A stretch of 64,000 nt of DNA from Blastocatellia bacterium (GCA_963765495.1 CAVXWP010000017.1:96001-160000); one strand, 5' to 3'. Positions 1 to 10,010 are shown, counted from the stretch's first letter. Numbers and translations: made by a program. Notes: generated by a model from the letters alone, not told the origin.

Positions 1-2057
1 CTGATGTCAGCGTAGTGGAATCCCCAGCCTTCGCTTCCACCGATGTTCACCTGGGGATTGCCGGTACCGGACGATGCGCTTATCATCGTCGGGTCAAGCC
101 AATCCCAGACGTGAACTGAGTTAGAGGGGTTTCCAACCTCGCGCACTTCGACAAAGGCATGGTCGAAGTTGGCGGTTTCGATCTGATCCCGCTGCGCCCA
201 TTGGAGCGTGATGGGCCCCGAAATCCCGGCAAGATTGATGTTGGGCGAGAACAGATCCTGATTGCTGCTCGCGTTGTAAGTGTTATCGAGGTCGGTCTTC
301 CAGCAGTTCACGCCGCTGTTGCAGGTATTGAAGGCCGCCACAGGGTTGGAGGTGGTCGTGGCAACCGTGGCCGGAAGACCAAGCTCCCACTCATCCTGCG
401 TGCCCGTGTGCGTGAAGCCTGCTTCGCCGCTCTCGAAGTCGGTGCTGAAGACTGTCGTTGGAGTGCCGCTGCAAGACGGCGGCGGCGGCTGCTCGCAGAT
501 AGTGATGCTCCAGGATGTGAGCGTGCCACCATTTGCGCCCGCCGTATCGTCGCGCAAGTCGAGCGTCCAGGTTCCTCCGGCGTCTTCTCCGTTGAACCAC
601 CCGAGGCGATATGCGCCCGAAGTGCTTGCGGTGCCGCTAGTGCTATTGTTTTCAGGCTTGAGCCGCATCCCCTTGAGGACGGTGAAGGCTGGAGGGATTG
701 CAGAGTCGTCATCGAAGATGAGGTCCATCTGAGTCTGTCCACCCGTCGCCGCCGCGCCGATGTCGGTGAACAATCCGTTGTCGTTGCCCGCAGGCGAACG
801 CAGATGAGCATCAATGTCCTGCATCAACGCATGGTTGAGATTGATCTGCACACTGATCTCGGCGATGCGAGGGTTGCCGGGGATAGTGATGGTCGAACTG
901 ACAAGCCCCGTTCCCGGCCCGATGGTCTTTGGCACATCGGTGCTTGTGTAGGTCGTGCAGTTTACGCCTGTAGGCGTATGAGGCAGCACGCTCACGCTCA
1001 GATTATAAGTTGCTGTTGGCCCTCCGACCGCAGCCGAGGCCGAATCAACAAATGCATAGTATGTACCCGCATCCTTGACAGTCATGAAGAGAGCTTCTGA
1101 GGGGATATTCGGGTTGGGCGAAACGTCCCCGGTTCCAGCATCGTCTACGACCAGTATCTGGTTGCCCGCATCCCCGAACAGAGCGATGCCAAGACGCCCG
1201 TTCCAAGTGACGCTATCGCGCTCCGGGTCAAGGTCAAGGCTCAGGAATACCGTGTCACCGGCATTGAGCGTCATGCTGTACCAGTCCTGCTCGGTGGCAG
1301 CAGCCGGGTTGCGCGTGCCGCTCACCCAGCCGGAAGCCGGTAACGGGTTCGCAGTGGCAGGCGTGTCATTAGGCTCGACCTCAGGAGTCGGCGAGCCGCT
1401 TTGCACCTTCACATAAAGCTCGTAAGGGCGCTCTGTAGATGTGCCCGCCGTAAAGTCGTTGACCTTCAGATAGTAGGTCCCGCCTGCCGTAAGATTCGCT
1501 CCGGCTATGGAGGAAGAAAGAGCGGCAAAACTGCCGTTGTCGTCGTCGAACTCGATGACTGTCGTGCCGTCGGATGCAAAGAGCGTGAGTTGACTATCGG
1601 TGCTGTTACCGGCTGATCCGGAAGTCATCGTTGCGGCATAAAAACGGCTCCCCGCCGAAGCTGTGAAAGAGTAATAGTCCACATCCCCGTTGGGAAAGAG
1701 GTTGGCCTTGATCTTTACATCGCCGCCGACGAGCGGTGTGGCAGTACCAGGAGTGTTGTTAGGCTCGACCTCACCCTGATTAACAGCCGCGACAAGCGAC
1801 GGACTTATGACCCGCCTTGGCTTTGGAACAGGGCCGTCCATCGTGATGACGTATGCTTCTTCGCCATTTACCTCTTCCGTCTCCTGGACCTTCACCCCTC
1901 CGGTTTGGTTACCTTTCTGACCTTTGCTCTGAGCGCCAATCTTTGAATTCGCCTGAGCCAGTTGCGTGAGCAATGAGGGCAAGGCTAGCGTGACTACAAT
2001 AGCTAGGCCAAGCGCCAGGCCTAATAGTCGCTTTGTATGGATTTTTCTTTTATTCAT
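1..2057 (-). CDS. Large secreted multidomain protein (signal peptide, 2 PPC-like domains, proprotein-convertase P-like domain, MAM/jelly-roll-like domain); 3' end lies outside the window
   Basis: Absent from the ORF track because there is no stop in the window. ATG at 2057 follows a GAGAGGGA RBS. Hand translation is open to base 1: MNKRKIHTKRLLGLALGLAIVVTLAL..., EVEPNNTPGTA and EVEPNDTPATA repeats, DVDYYSFT, GEDAGGTWTLDLRD, FSTDFESG. Confidence 0.9.
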   Translation of the reverse strand, partial: MNKRKIHTKRLLGLALGLAIVVTLALPSLLTQLAQANSKIGAQSKGQKGNQTGGVKVQETEEVNGEEAYVITMDGPVPKPRRVISPSLVAAVNQGEVEPNNTPGTATPLVGGDVKIKANLFPNGDVDYYSFTASAGSRFYAATMTSGSAGNSTDSQLTLFASDGTTVIEFDDDNGSFAALSSSIAGANLTAGGTYYLKVNDFTAGTSTERPYELYVKVQSGSPTPEVEPNDTPATANPLPASGWVSGTRNPAAATEQDWYSMTLNAGDTVFLSLDLDPERDSVTWNGRLGIALFGDAGNQILVVDDAGTGDVSPNPNIPSEALFMTVKDAGTYYAFVDSASAAVGGPTATYNLSVSVLPHTPTGVNCTTYTSTDVPKTIGPGTGLVSSTITIPGNPRIAEISVQINLNHALMQDIDAHLRSPAGNDNGLFTDIGAAATGGQTQMDLIFDDDSAIPPAFTVLKGMRLKPENNSTSGTASTSGAYRLGWFNGEDAGGTWTLDLRDDTAGANGGTLTSWSITICEQPPPPSCSGTPTTVFSTDFESGEAGFTHTGTQDEWELGLPATVATTTSNPVAAFNTCNSGVNCWKTDLDNTYNASSNQDLFSPNINLAGISGPITLQWAQRDQIETANFDHAFVEVREVGNPSNSVHVWDWLDPTMISASSGTGNPQVNIGGSEGWGFHYADI

Positions 2058-2350
2058 ATGGTTTCCCTCTCAATCAAGGTTGTTTGTAATACTCAAATTG
2101 CGACGATTGACGCTCAAAATTGATTTCGATTGTAAGCGCCAATGATGGCTGCCTCAGGCTTCTTGGCAGGTGCTACGAAGCTCCGGGCAGTAGATTTGAT
2201 TTCAATAGCTATTCAGTTTTCCCCTGAACTATAAAACCCGATCAGGCCCTGTTTGGAATGACAAATTACTAAAAGGGGAAATTGACAAATCATGGTTGAG
2301 CATCAAACGACATATTCCGCGATCCGACCCAACCATTCTTATCGGCGCTA

Positions 2351-2379
2351 ATCCTAAGCTTTTCACATTGCCAAGTCAA
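2351..2379 (-). promoter_or_regulatory. Sigma70-type promoter for the 1..2057 gene
   Basis: Minus strand TTGACT-17 nt-TAGGAT, about 290 nt upstream of the ATG. Confidence 0.55.
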
Positions 2380-2500
2380 GCAAATACAGACCGGCTTAAG
2401 ATGCCAAAAGCCGAATCAGAATCCTTACTATGAGCACAAACGGGCGCGTTATCGGGTTGCGGCTAAAGCCCGGAAACGGGCAAGATGAAGTCTTGCCATC

Positions 2501-3673
2501 ATGGGACAATTTTCATTCGAAAAGATCGCAAGCTCACAAAAGACGGGCGCTCGCGCCGGTCGCATCACCACCGCGCATGGATCGGTAGACACGCCCGTCT
2601 TCATGCCCGTGGGCACTCAAGGAACGGTCAAGGCGCTCACTCAGGAGATGCTCGAAGGCTCCGGGGCGCAAATAATTCTCGGCAATACTTATCATTTATA
2701 TCTGAGACCGGGCCACCGGCTTATAAATCAGCTTGGCGGGCTGCATAGCTTTATCTCTTGGGAGGGGGCAATACTTACCGACAGCGGCGGGTTTCAGGTC
2801 TTCAGCCTGACATCGCTCAGGAAGCTGAACGAAGAAGGCGTAGAGTTTCAATCGCACATAGACGGGTCGCGCCACTTCCTGACGCCTGAAAAATCTATGG
2901 AGATACAGGCTGCTCTGGGGTCGGACATCGTGATGGCTTTTGACGAATGCACTCCCTTCCCGGCCACCCGCCAGGAGGCGATAAAGTCTCTGGAACTCAC
3001 CCGTCGCTGGGCTCGCCGGTCAAAGGATCGCCTGATGGAGTTGCACGACGACCCGAAGGCGAGCCAGACGTGCGGCATCAATATGGTGAACCCCGGTCAG
3101 GCGCTCTTTGGCATAAATCAGGGAAGCGTCTACGCGGATTTGCGTGAGCAAAGTCTCGAAGGATTGATCGAGATAGGCTTTGACGGCTACGCGATTGGCG
3201 GGCTCTCTGTGGGCGAAGAAAAAAGCCAGATGTTTGAGGTAGTTTCGCACATAGCGCCCCGCATGCCCGTTGATAAGCCGCGTTATCTGATGGGGGTCGG
3301 CACACCCGAAGATCTTGTAGAGGCAGTCTCGCTCGGCATAGACATGTTCGATTGCGTGATGCCTACGCGCAATGCCCGCAACGCGCAACTCTTTACAAGC
3401 TGCGGGAAGATAAATATCAGGAACTCTCGCTTTCGCGAGGACGCAAGACCGCTCGACGAGCGGTGCCGTTGCGCCGTTTGTGTGAAATACTCGCGCGCCT
3501 ATCTGAGGCATCTTTACATGAGCGGGGAAATTCTTGCGATGGTGTTGGGATCGCTGCACAATATTAGCTTCTACCTTGACACGATGAAGCAAATCAGGCA
3601 AGCTATCAAGCTTGGCACTTTTGAAGAATTTCGTAATTCTTTTCTGAGCGAACTCGCACGCGGACAGGACTGA
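2501..3673 (+). CDS. tgt: tRNA-guanine transglycosylase
   Basis: TPVFMPVGT, ILGNTYHL, TDSGGFQV, PRYLMGVG and DMFDCVMPTRNARN motifs, CxCxxC zinc site; lies upstream of yajC-secDF. Confidence 0.97.
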   Translation: MGQFSFEKIASSQKTGARAGRITTAHGSVDTPVFMPVGTQGTVKALTQEMLEGSGAQIILGNTYHLYLRPGHRLINQLGGLHSFISWEGAILTDSGGFQVFSLTSLRKLNEEGVEFQSHIDGSRHFLTPEKSMEIQAALGSDIVMAFDECTPFPATRQEAIKSLELTRRWARRSKDRLMELHDDPKASQTCGINMVNPGQALFGINQGSVYADLREQSLEGLIEIGFDGYAIGGLSVGEEKSQMFEVVSHIAPRMPVDKPRYLMGVGTPEDLVEAVSLGIDMFDCVMPTRNARNAQLFTSCGKINIRNSRFREDARPLDERCRCAVCVKYSRAYLRHLYMSGEILAMVLGSLHNISFYLDTMKQIRQAIKLGTFEEFRNSFLSELARGQD

Positions 3674-3745
3674 CCTTATAAGGATTCGGACCCGAAGCCC
3701 CCGCGGGCGGAACCTCCCACTCAAAGTGCTTGCGAGTAACTGACA

Positions 3746-4099
3746 ATGACAATATTTCTAGGTTTTCTCTTCTTCTTCTTTCAGGCACAGCCTGGCGGTG
3801 GCGGCATCATCGGTCTGTTCCTGCCGATGATCGTCGTCTTTGCGATCTTCTATCTTCTCGTGATCCGGCCTCAACAAAAAAAGCAGCGCCTGGCTCAAAG
3901 TGAGCGCGAGCAGATGCTTGGCGCGCTCAGACCGGGCGACAAGGTCATCACAACCGGGGGGATTTACGGATCAATTGTTTCGGTGCGTGAAACGAGCGTT
4001 CATTTGAAGATCTCTCAGGGTGTCTCTATAGAAGTCCTGCGCACCGCCATAGCAGGTCTGCAATCGGATGACATAAAAGAAGTCGAGCCTGTAAAATAA
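3746..4099 (+). CDS. yajC: Preprotein translocase subunit YajC
   Basis: FYLLVIRPQQKKQ and GDKVITTGGIYG motifs; synteny with tgt and secD. Confidence 0.95.
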   Translation: MTIFLGFLFFFFQAQPGGGGIIGLFLPMIVVFAIFYLLVIRPQQKKQRLAQSEREQMLGALRPGDKVITTGGIYGSIVSVRETSVHLKISQGVSIEVLRTAIAGLQSDDIKEVEPVK

Positions 4100-4126
4100 C
4101 TATTATAGATGTAGGAAAATGTCACT

Positions 4127-5791
4127 ATGCGAAAAAAGATTCGTACGCGAGTTCTCATAATCCTGGCCGTAACGTTTGCGGGGCTCTATCTGGTGTTTCT
4201 TCCGCACACCCGCCGGCCAAACCTCAAAGATTTCACAAGCTGGTCACAGGTAAAGCAAAATCTTTCTGAGAACATCCACCTGGGGTTGGATTTGCGGGGC
4301 GGTTCCCATCTGGTCTTACAGGTACAGACCGACGACGTAATAAAGGGTGTTACCACGAAAAACGTCGAGGCGGCTCGCTCCAAGCTTCAAGAGGAAGGGG
4401 TGCCGGTTACAGACATCTCCGCTACCGGGGTTGACCAGATCACGGTCACCGTCTCCGATACTTCCAAAAACTCCGACATAGTGAGCGAGCTTGAGCGCGA
4501 TTTCAACAACCAGACGCCGCAGGGAACCGGCTGGGCTGCTACCGAAAGAGGAAACACCATTATCTTTAACCTCGACGAATCGGTGCAAAATGCCATGCGC
4601 GAGCGCGCTACGGATGTCGCGAAAGAGATTATAGATAATCGCATAAACGCATTTGGCGTGGCCGAACCGCTCGTGCAGAGGCGCGGTGGCGAAGGCACCT
4701 ATCAGATACTGGTTCAGATGCCCGGCATCGACGACCCTGAGCGGGTTAAAAATACGCTCAACGCCGACTCGAATCTTGAGCTTAAACTCGTGGCCAAAGC
4801 CGGGCAGTTTTCCTACAACACAAAAGAAGAAGCAGAGGCGGCGATGAAGGCGCTGCCAAATGCCGCACAGCTTGAAATTTTGTCTTACCGACCCGCCGCA
4901 AACGACAGCGGCGCCGGTCAGGCCGGGTTTGTGATTGTCGAAAAGACCCCTGTGGTGACGGGCTTTGACATGCGCGATGCGCGAGCCTCTTCTTCTCAGT
5001 ACGGGGGCGCAAACTATCAAATCAGCTTTTCGCTCACGCCCACAGGCGCAAAGCGATTCGGCGATGCGACAGGCGCTCACGTAGGCGACAATCTCGCTAT
5101 TGTTCTGAATAATGAAGTCAAGAGCGCTCCTACGATTAACAGCCGAATCACCGACAGCGGGCAGATCACGGGCAATTTCACAAAGAGAGCAGCCGAAGAC
5201 CTCGCGCTTGTTCTGAGATCGGGCGCGCTGCCTGCCCGGGTAGTCTACATCGAAGAACGGACGGTCGGGCCGTCGCTCGGCGCAGACTCTATCAGGCAGG
5301 GCGTGACCGCCTCGGTAGTGGGCTTGATCTTCGTTGTGCTCTTCATGCTCTTCTACTACCGAATGTCGGGTGTAAACGCCGTGCTTGCGCTGGTGCTGAA
5401 CCTCGTACTCCTGCTTGCGGCGCTTGTCGTGTTCGGGGCTACGCTGACGCTGCCGGGGATTGCGGGCGTCATCCTGACTATAGGTATGGCGGTTGACTCG
5501 AACGTGCTCATCTTTGAGCGCATTCGCGAAGAGATGCGCAACGGCAAGGTAGTCGCCTCGGCCGTTGATACGGGCTTTGGCAAAGCGTTTTTGACCATCA
5601 TAGACACGCACGTGACGACTATAGTGTCTGCGGTCTTCCTGTTTGTCTTTGGGACCGGACCGATTCGCGGTTTCGCCGTCACGCTGGTAGCGGGCTTGCT
5701 GGCCAATCTGTTTACGGCAGTCTTCGTGTCGCGCACCATCTTTATGTGGCACCTGAACCGCAGCGCGCGGGTCGAGACTATTAGCATTTAA
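4127..5791 (+). CDS. secD: Protein translocase subunit SecD
   Basis: LGLDLRGG, RINAFGVAEP, LRSGALPA, VGPSLG and GMAVDSNVLIFERIREE motifs. Confidence 0.97.
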   Translation: MRKKIRTRVLIILAVTFAGLYLVFLPHTRRPNLKDFTSWSQVKQNLSENIHLGLDLRGGSHLVLQVQTDDVIKGVTTKNVEAARSKLQEEGVPVTDISATGVDQITVTVSDTSKNSDIVSELERDFNNQTPQGTGWAATERGNTIIFNLDESVQNAMRERATDVAKEIIDNRINAFGVAEPLVQRRGGEGTYQILVQMPGIDDPERVKNTLNADSNLELKLVAKAGQFSYNTKEEAEAAMKALPNAAQLEILSYRPAANDSGAGQAGFVIVEKTPVVTGFDMRDARASSSQYGGANYQISFSLTPTGAKRFGDATGAHVGDNLAIVLNNEVKSAPTINSRITDSGQITGNFTKRAAEDLALVLRSGALPARVVYIEERTVGPSLGADSIRQGVTASVVGLIFVVLFMLFYYRMSGVNAVLALVLNLVLLLAALVVFGATLTLPGIAGVILTIGMAVDSNVLIFERIREEMRNGKVVASAVDTGFGKAFLTIIDTHVTTIVSAVFLFVFGTGPIRGFAVTLVAGLLANLFTAVFVSRTIFMWHLNRSARVETISI

Positions 5792-5842
5792 GGGATAGGG
5801 CTTCTCAAGTTTGAGATTTCGAACCTGAGATTTGAAATCATC

Positions 5843-7372
5843 ATGGTTGAACTTTTTCGGAACCCAAGAATAGACTGGATAGGCGCGAAGAAATACTTCA
5901 TCGGCCTGACCATTGTTTTACTGCTGCTCGGAGCGATTTCAGTGCAGCTTCGCGGCTTCAATCTGGGAGTTGATTTTACGGGCGGCACGCTCATGACGGT
6001 CCGTTTCAAGAACCAGGAATCGCCCGACAAAATTCGCTCCGTGCTTGCCTCGGCCGGTATTGACACTTCAAAAGTGACTATCCAGCCGATCCTCAGCCGT
6101 CCCAACGAGTTGATGATTCGAACACCCCAGTTGGCCGGAAACGAGGTCGAACATCGCGTGGACGAAGATAAGCGCGCGATCATTCGCGCCCTCCAGAAGC
6201 TCAATGCATCGGGCGAAATCGCGGCGGGCAAGGTAAACATCAATACGATTGATCCCGAAGGCATCGAACAGGAACTGAGACAGGTAGACCCGCTCGGCAT
6301 AAAGAATCAGAACTTTCCCGGCGCACATCCATATCGGCAGATAGGCGATCAGGTTGTGGCCTTTCGCAATAGCCAGCCAAATCAGTTTCTCCAGGACGTG
6401 AACGGATTGCAGACGTTGCCCCTGAATGTGGACAATCTGCCAAACATGGATCAGGGTCAGGTCAAGGCGGCGCTTGCCGACAGGTTTTATGCGGGAAAGA
6501 TTGACTTGAATCTCGCGAGCGAAAAAGAGATCGAAGACGCGCTCACCCGCACCGACCCGCTCGGCATAAAAGAACAGGCAAACGCCGGCGAGACATATCA
6601 AAAAGCGGCGGCGGCGATAAAACAGTACCGCACAGATCGAAACGGCGTGATCAACGATCTTTCCGAGATTCAGACCCAGGATGTCTCGGCCGATCTGCTG
6701 TCGAAGATGGGGACCTATTTTACGACGGGCAGCTGGTCGGTAGTCTCAGCCGAGATAGTAGGCCCACAGGTCGGAGCGGATCTTCGCAACCGGGCTATCT
6801 ATGTGACGCTTGCGGCACTGGCGGGAATGCTTGTTTATATTGCCTTCCGGTTTGAGTGGATATACGGGGTCGCCGCGGTCACGGCCGTATTTCACGATGT
6901 GCTGATTACACTCGGCATGTTTAGCCTTTTTAAGAGTTTCAACGGCTGGGAAATAAGCCTGACGGTCGTCGCAGCGCTTCTCACGCTGGTCGGTTATTCG
7001 ATGAATGACACGATAGTCATCTTTGACCGCATACGCGAAAACCTCAGACTGCGCCGTCGCGATACGCTCGCGCAGATCACCAACGACTCGATAAATCAGA
7101 CTCTTTCGCGTACCATTATTACGTCTGGATTGACCTTTATTTCGGTGCTGGCAATAGTGGTGTTTGGCGGCGAGGTGCTCAGAGGCTTCGGGCTTGCGCT
7201 CACAATAGGCATTCTGATAGGGACATATTCTTCCATCGCCGTAGCAAGCCCGATAATGCTCTGGTGGGAATACATGACGAGCGGAAAGGGTGGACGTGGC
7301 GGACGGGGAGGCCCGTCGGGGAGTGGGATGGCGCGTTCACGCACTTCGGAAAAGACTCTGGCGAGAGTGTAA
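5843..7372 (+). CDS. secF: Protein translocase subunit SecF with an expanded periplasmic domain (two tandem HhH-like repeats)
   Basis: GVDFTGG, VGPQVG, YIAFRFEW, HDVLI and GYSMNDTIVIFDRIREN motifs; 509 aa with a duplicated insert at about aa 130-296. Confidence 0.95.
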   Translation: MVELFRNPRIDWIGAKKYFIGLTIVLLLLGAISVQLRGFNLGVDFTGGTLMTVRFKNQESPDKIRSVLASAGIDTSKVTIQPILSRPNELMIRTPQLAGNEVEHRVDEDKRAIIRALQKLNASGEIAAGKVNINTIDPEGIEQELRQVDPLGIKNQNFPGAHPYRQIGDQVVAFRNSQPNQFLQDVNGLQTLPLNVDNLPNMDQGQVKAALADRFYAGKIDLNLASEKEIEDALTRTDPLGIKEQANAGETYQKAAAAIKQYRTDRNGVINDLSEIQTQDVSADLLSKMGTYFTTGSWSVVSAEIVGPQVGADLRNRAIYVTLAALAGMLVYIAFRFEWIYGVAAVTAVFHDVLITLGMFSLFKSFNGWEISLTVVAALLTLVGYSMNDTIVIFDRIRENLRLRRRDTLAQITNDSINQTLSRTIITSGLTFISVLAIVVFGGEVLRGFGLALTIGILIGTYSSIAVASPIMLWWEYMTSGKGGRGGRGGPSGSGMARSRTSEKTLARV

Positions 7373-7379
7373 GTAAGAT

Positions 7380-7426
7380 TTCGGCTTCACGCAGTTTGCC
7401 GCGCGGGCAGACCGCGTGAAGCCGAA
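7380..7426 (+). terminator. GC-rich hairpin directly after secF (possible terminator)
   Basis: TTCGGCTTCACGC...GCGTGAAGCCGAA inverted repeat; no strong U tract on the + strand. Confidence 0.4.
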
Positions 7427-7491
7427 AACCAGGTGGACCGGGAACAAAAGCTCCGCGAGCGGTGTCTAAGCCTTCGGAAGCCAAAAACTTC

Positions 7492-7521
7492 TTGACTTGA
7501 TGGGAAGGCGAGTAGTAGACT
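7492..7521 (+). promoter_or_regulatory. Putative sigma70 promoter of the tonB operon
   Basis: TTGACT-18 nt-TAGACT, about 230 nt before the tonB ATG. Confidence 0.4.
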
Positions 7522-7752
7522 CAGCCGGTTCAAGAATCCTGAGAATCAGCTAGTAATCGAGAGATTTTTATCCGGCTTTTAGTCTCCAGCTTTCATCCGT
7601 TTCTTTCCGAAACGGATGCGGTTTCTATTTTAGCCAGGCAGTTATCGCCCGGCGGTCGTTTATTTTATCCATGTGGATACTGCGAGCCAGAGCAGATGCC
7701 AGAATGAAGGCTATCTCTTAAGGCCCATCGTAATAACCGGAGGTTCTATCCC

Positions 7753-8523
7753 ATGTTCGATCAATTAGTCGAATCGAATGTAAACAGGAAAAAATCCGAC
7801 AGGTGGATTTATTTCACTGTAACGGCAGTGCTGTGGATTTCGTTTCTAACGGGCGTGATAGTCTGGGGCATTATGGCATTCGATGCCAAGCTCAACGAGC
7901 AATTCGAGCAATTGGCCAAGCTCACAGCGCCGCCACCGCCCGCCGCGCCGCCACCGGCGGCAGCCCAACCCAAACAGGTGCAGCCCAAGACGCCGGCAAA
8001 GATAGAAGCGTTTGTCTCGGCCAAAGAGCCGCCTAAAGAGATCAAGGCTCCATCTCCAACCCCGCCACAGCCAATACAGAATATTGGCCCGGTCGGCCCG
8101 CAAGGCGGAGGCGAAGGCCCGCCGGGCGGAACGGGAGGCATACCGGGAGGACTCGGAAGTGTAGCCGGTGGAGGCGAAGTAGGACCGCCGCCGCCGCCGC
8201 CGCCGCCGCCACCCGACAAGCCAAAACCCGAGCCACCCAAGATCGTCCGCAAATCGGGAGGCGTGCTTCAAGGATCGGCTACCCGCCGAGTGCAACCGAG
8301 CTATCCGCCGCTTGCAAAGGCGGCCCGCGTGAGCGGCGCAGTGGTTGTCGAAGTGACGGTAGATGAGAATGGCAGCGTCATATCGGCGCGAGCCATATCA
8401 GGACACCCGTTATTGAAAGACGCTGCCGTGCAGGCAGCCCAGGGTTGGAAATTCACACCCACTCAACTTAGCGGTGTCCCTGTGAAGGTAATCGGCACCA
8501 TCACCTTTAACTTTACACTGTGA
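7753..8523 (+). CDS. tonB: TonB family energy transducer
   Basis: N-terminal TM, Pro/Gly-rich linker, TonB C-domain (PSYPPLAKAARVSGAVVVEVTVDENG...WKFTP). Confidence 0.9.
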   Translation: MFDQLVESNVNRKKSDRWIYFTVTAVLWISFLTGVIVWGIMAFDAKLNEQFEQLAKLTAPPPPAAPPPAAAQPKQVQPKTPAKIEAFVSAKEPPKEIKAPSPTPPQPIQNIGPVGPQGGGEGPPGGTGGIPGGLGSVAGGGEVGPPPPPPPPPPDKPKPEPPKIVRKSGGVLQGSATRRVQPSYPPLAKAARVSGAVVVEVTVDENGSVISARAISGHPLLKDAAVQAAQGWKFTPTQLSGVPVKVIGTITFNFTL

Positions 8524-8622
8524 CCTCGCGGGGTCGAGCCAGTGATTATTTCCGAAGCCCGAGGGAGAGCCCCTCGGGCTTGCACTAAAAGTTTCTAAAT
8601 CGATTTTGGAGGGTTTCAACCT

Positions 8623-9390
8623 ATGCTACTTCTAACCAGTCTATGGCTCGCGGGCGGTAAGCTCGCTTTCTTCCTGCTCCAAGCCGCCGATGAGGCCGGA
8701 GGGGGTGTCGAAACTGCAACCGAGGACTTCTCGCTCTGGGGAATGATCCAGAAGATGAAGTGGCCGGCCATCGTCGTGGCAATCGTGCTGGCCCTTATGA
8801 GCATGTATTCAATTGCAGTTATGGTCGAGCGATGGCTCACCTACAACGCGGCGCGCAATCAATCGCGGCAGTTCGCCCCCAAGGTCGCTGCTGCGCTGCG
8901 CGACAACCGAATTGATGAAGCAATCGCGATTTCAGACCGCCACAAGAAATCGCATCTGGCGATGGTAGTAAATGCCGGGCTCCAGGAGTTCCAGGCGCAT
9001 CAATCGGGTGATATATCGGGTACGACTATGGACGCGGCCCGCCGCGCGCTGCAACGCGCCACGGCTTTGAAGACGGCCGAACTCAAACGCGGACTCTCGG
9101 GTCTTGCGACAATCGGTTCGACCGCCCCGTTTGTGGGACTGCTCGGAACGGTCATCGGCATCATAGGCGCGTTCCAGGGAATGAAGGCCGCCGAAGGAAC
9201 GGGTATCTCGGCAGTGGCCGGCGGTATTTCGGAAGCACTCATCGAGACCGCTTTCGGATTGCTGGTTGCAATACCTGCGGTCTGGGCATTCAATATTTTC
9301 CAGAACAAGGTGGAAGCCTTCATCATCGAGATGGACAACTCTTCTTCCGAGTTGATTGATTACTTCCTGAAACGGCGCGAATTGAGGTGA
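8623..9390 (+). CDS. exbB: MotA/TolQ/ExbB proton channel protein
   Basis: LATIGSTAPFVGLLGTVIGII and GISEALIETAFGLLVAIPA motifs. Confidence 0.9.
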   Translation: MLLLTSLWLAGGKLAFFLLQAADEAGGGVETATEDFSLWGMIQKMKWPAIVVAIVLALMSMYSIAVMVERWLTYNAARNQSRQFAPKVAAALRDNRIDEAIAISDRHKKSHLAMVVNAGLQEFQAHQSGDISGTTMDAARRALQRATALKTAELKRGLSGLATIGSTAPFVGLLGTVIGIIGAFQGMKAAEGTGISAVAGGISEALIETAFGLLVAIPAVWAFNIFQNKVEAFIIEMDNSSSELIDYFLKRRELR

Positions 9391-9394
9391 TATT

Positions 9395-9844
9395 ATGGGA
9401 ATGGCGTTAGGCGGCGACAGTGGTTTTGTCGCCGATATCAATGTCACACCAATGGTAGACGTGATGCTGGTGCTGCTGATCATATTCATGGTCGTCGCGC
9501 CTCTATTGCAGACCGGCGTCAGTGTCGCGCTGCCTAAATCAAAAAATCCTGAGCTTGATGCAAACATTATCAAAGACACCTCGGCTGTGGTCTCCATCCC
9601 GGATGACAACAACTTTTATATAGGTCGCGATAAGGTCGCACAGGCTGACATTCCTACTAGAATCAAAGGGATTCTAAAAGACAAGAAACCCGACGAGCAG
9701 ATCGTCTATGTGAAGAGCGGCAAGTTCGTCAAATACGGCACCGTCGTTCAGGTAATAGACTCCATCAGAGAAGCGGGTTTCGAGCGCATTGGTCTGGTGG
9801 CTGAAAGAGAGAAAGTCGCTGGCGTTCCGGCGCCGACCCAGTAA
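9395..9844 (+). CDS. exbD: ExbD/TolR family protein (copy 1)
   Basis: INVTPMVDVMLVLLIIFMV motif with the conserved Asp. Confidence 0.9.
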   Translation: MGMALGGDSGFVADINVTPMVDVMLVLLIIFMVVAPLLQTGVSVALPKSKNPELDANIIKDTSAVVSIPDDNNFYIGRDKVAQADIPTRIKGILKDKKPDEQIVYVKSGKFVKYGTVVQVIDSIREAGFERIGLVAEREKVAGVPAPTQ

Positions 9845-10010
9845 CGGGTCTTAGCAACATCTCCTTTGCAAGTTTTGAATCAGACAATTTCATGTTGGCG
9901 GGTGCTTCACGAAAGCACCCGCAGGGTATTATCTTAAAAATCAGGAGGCTGCAACCGGTCCGGCAAAAAGAAATTTCTATTTTACCTGGGATCGGTCGCT
10001 TGAAAACGAA

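Noticed and set aside
159-1616. Plus-strand ORFs 159..1100, 280..732, 1075..1416 and 1401..1616
   Set aside because: They are antisense shadows of the real minus-strand gene 1..2057 and have no recognisable motifs.
4316-5752. 478-aa minus-strand ORF
   Set aside because: It is antisense to secD, as expected in GC-rich coding DNA.
8184-8211. (CCG)n run in tonB
   Set aside because: It is an ordinary poly-Pro TonB linker.
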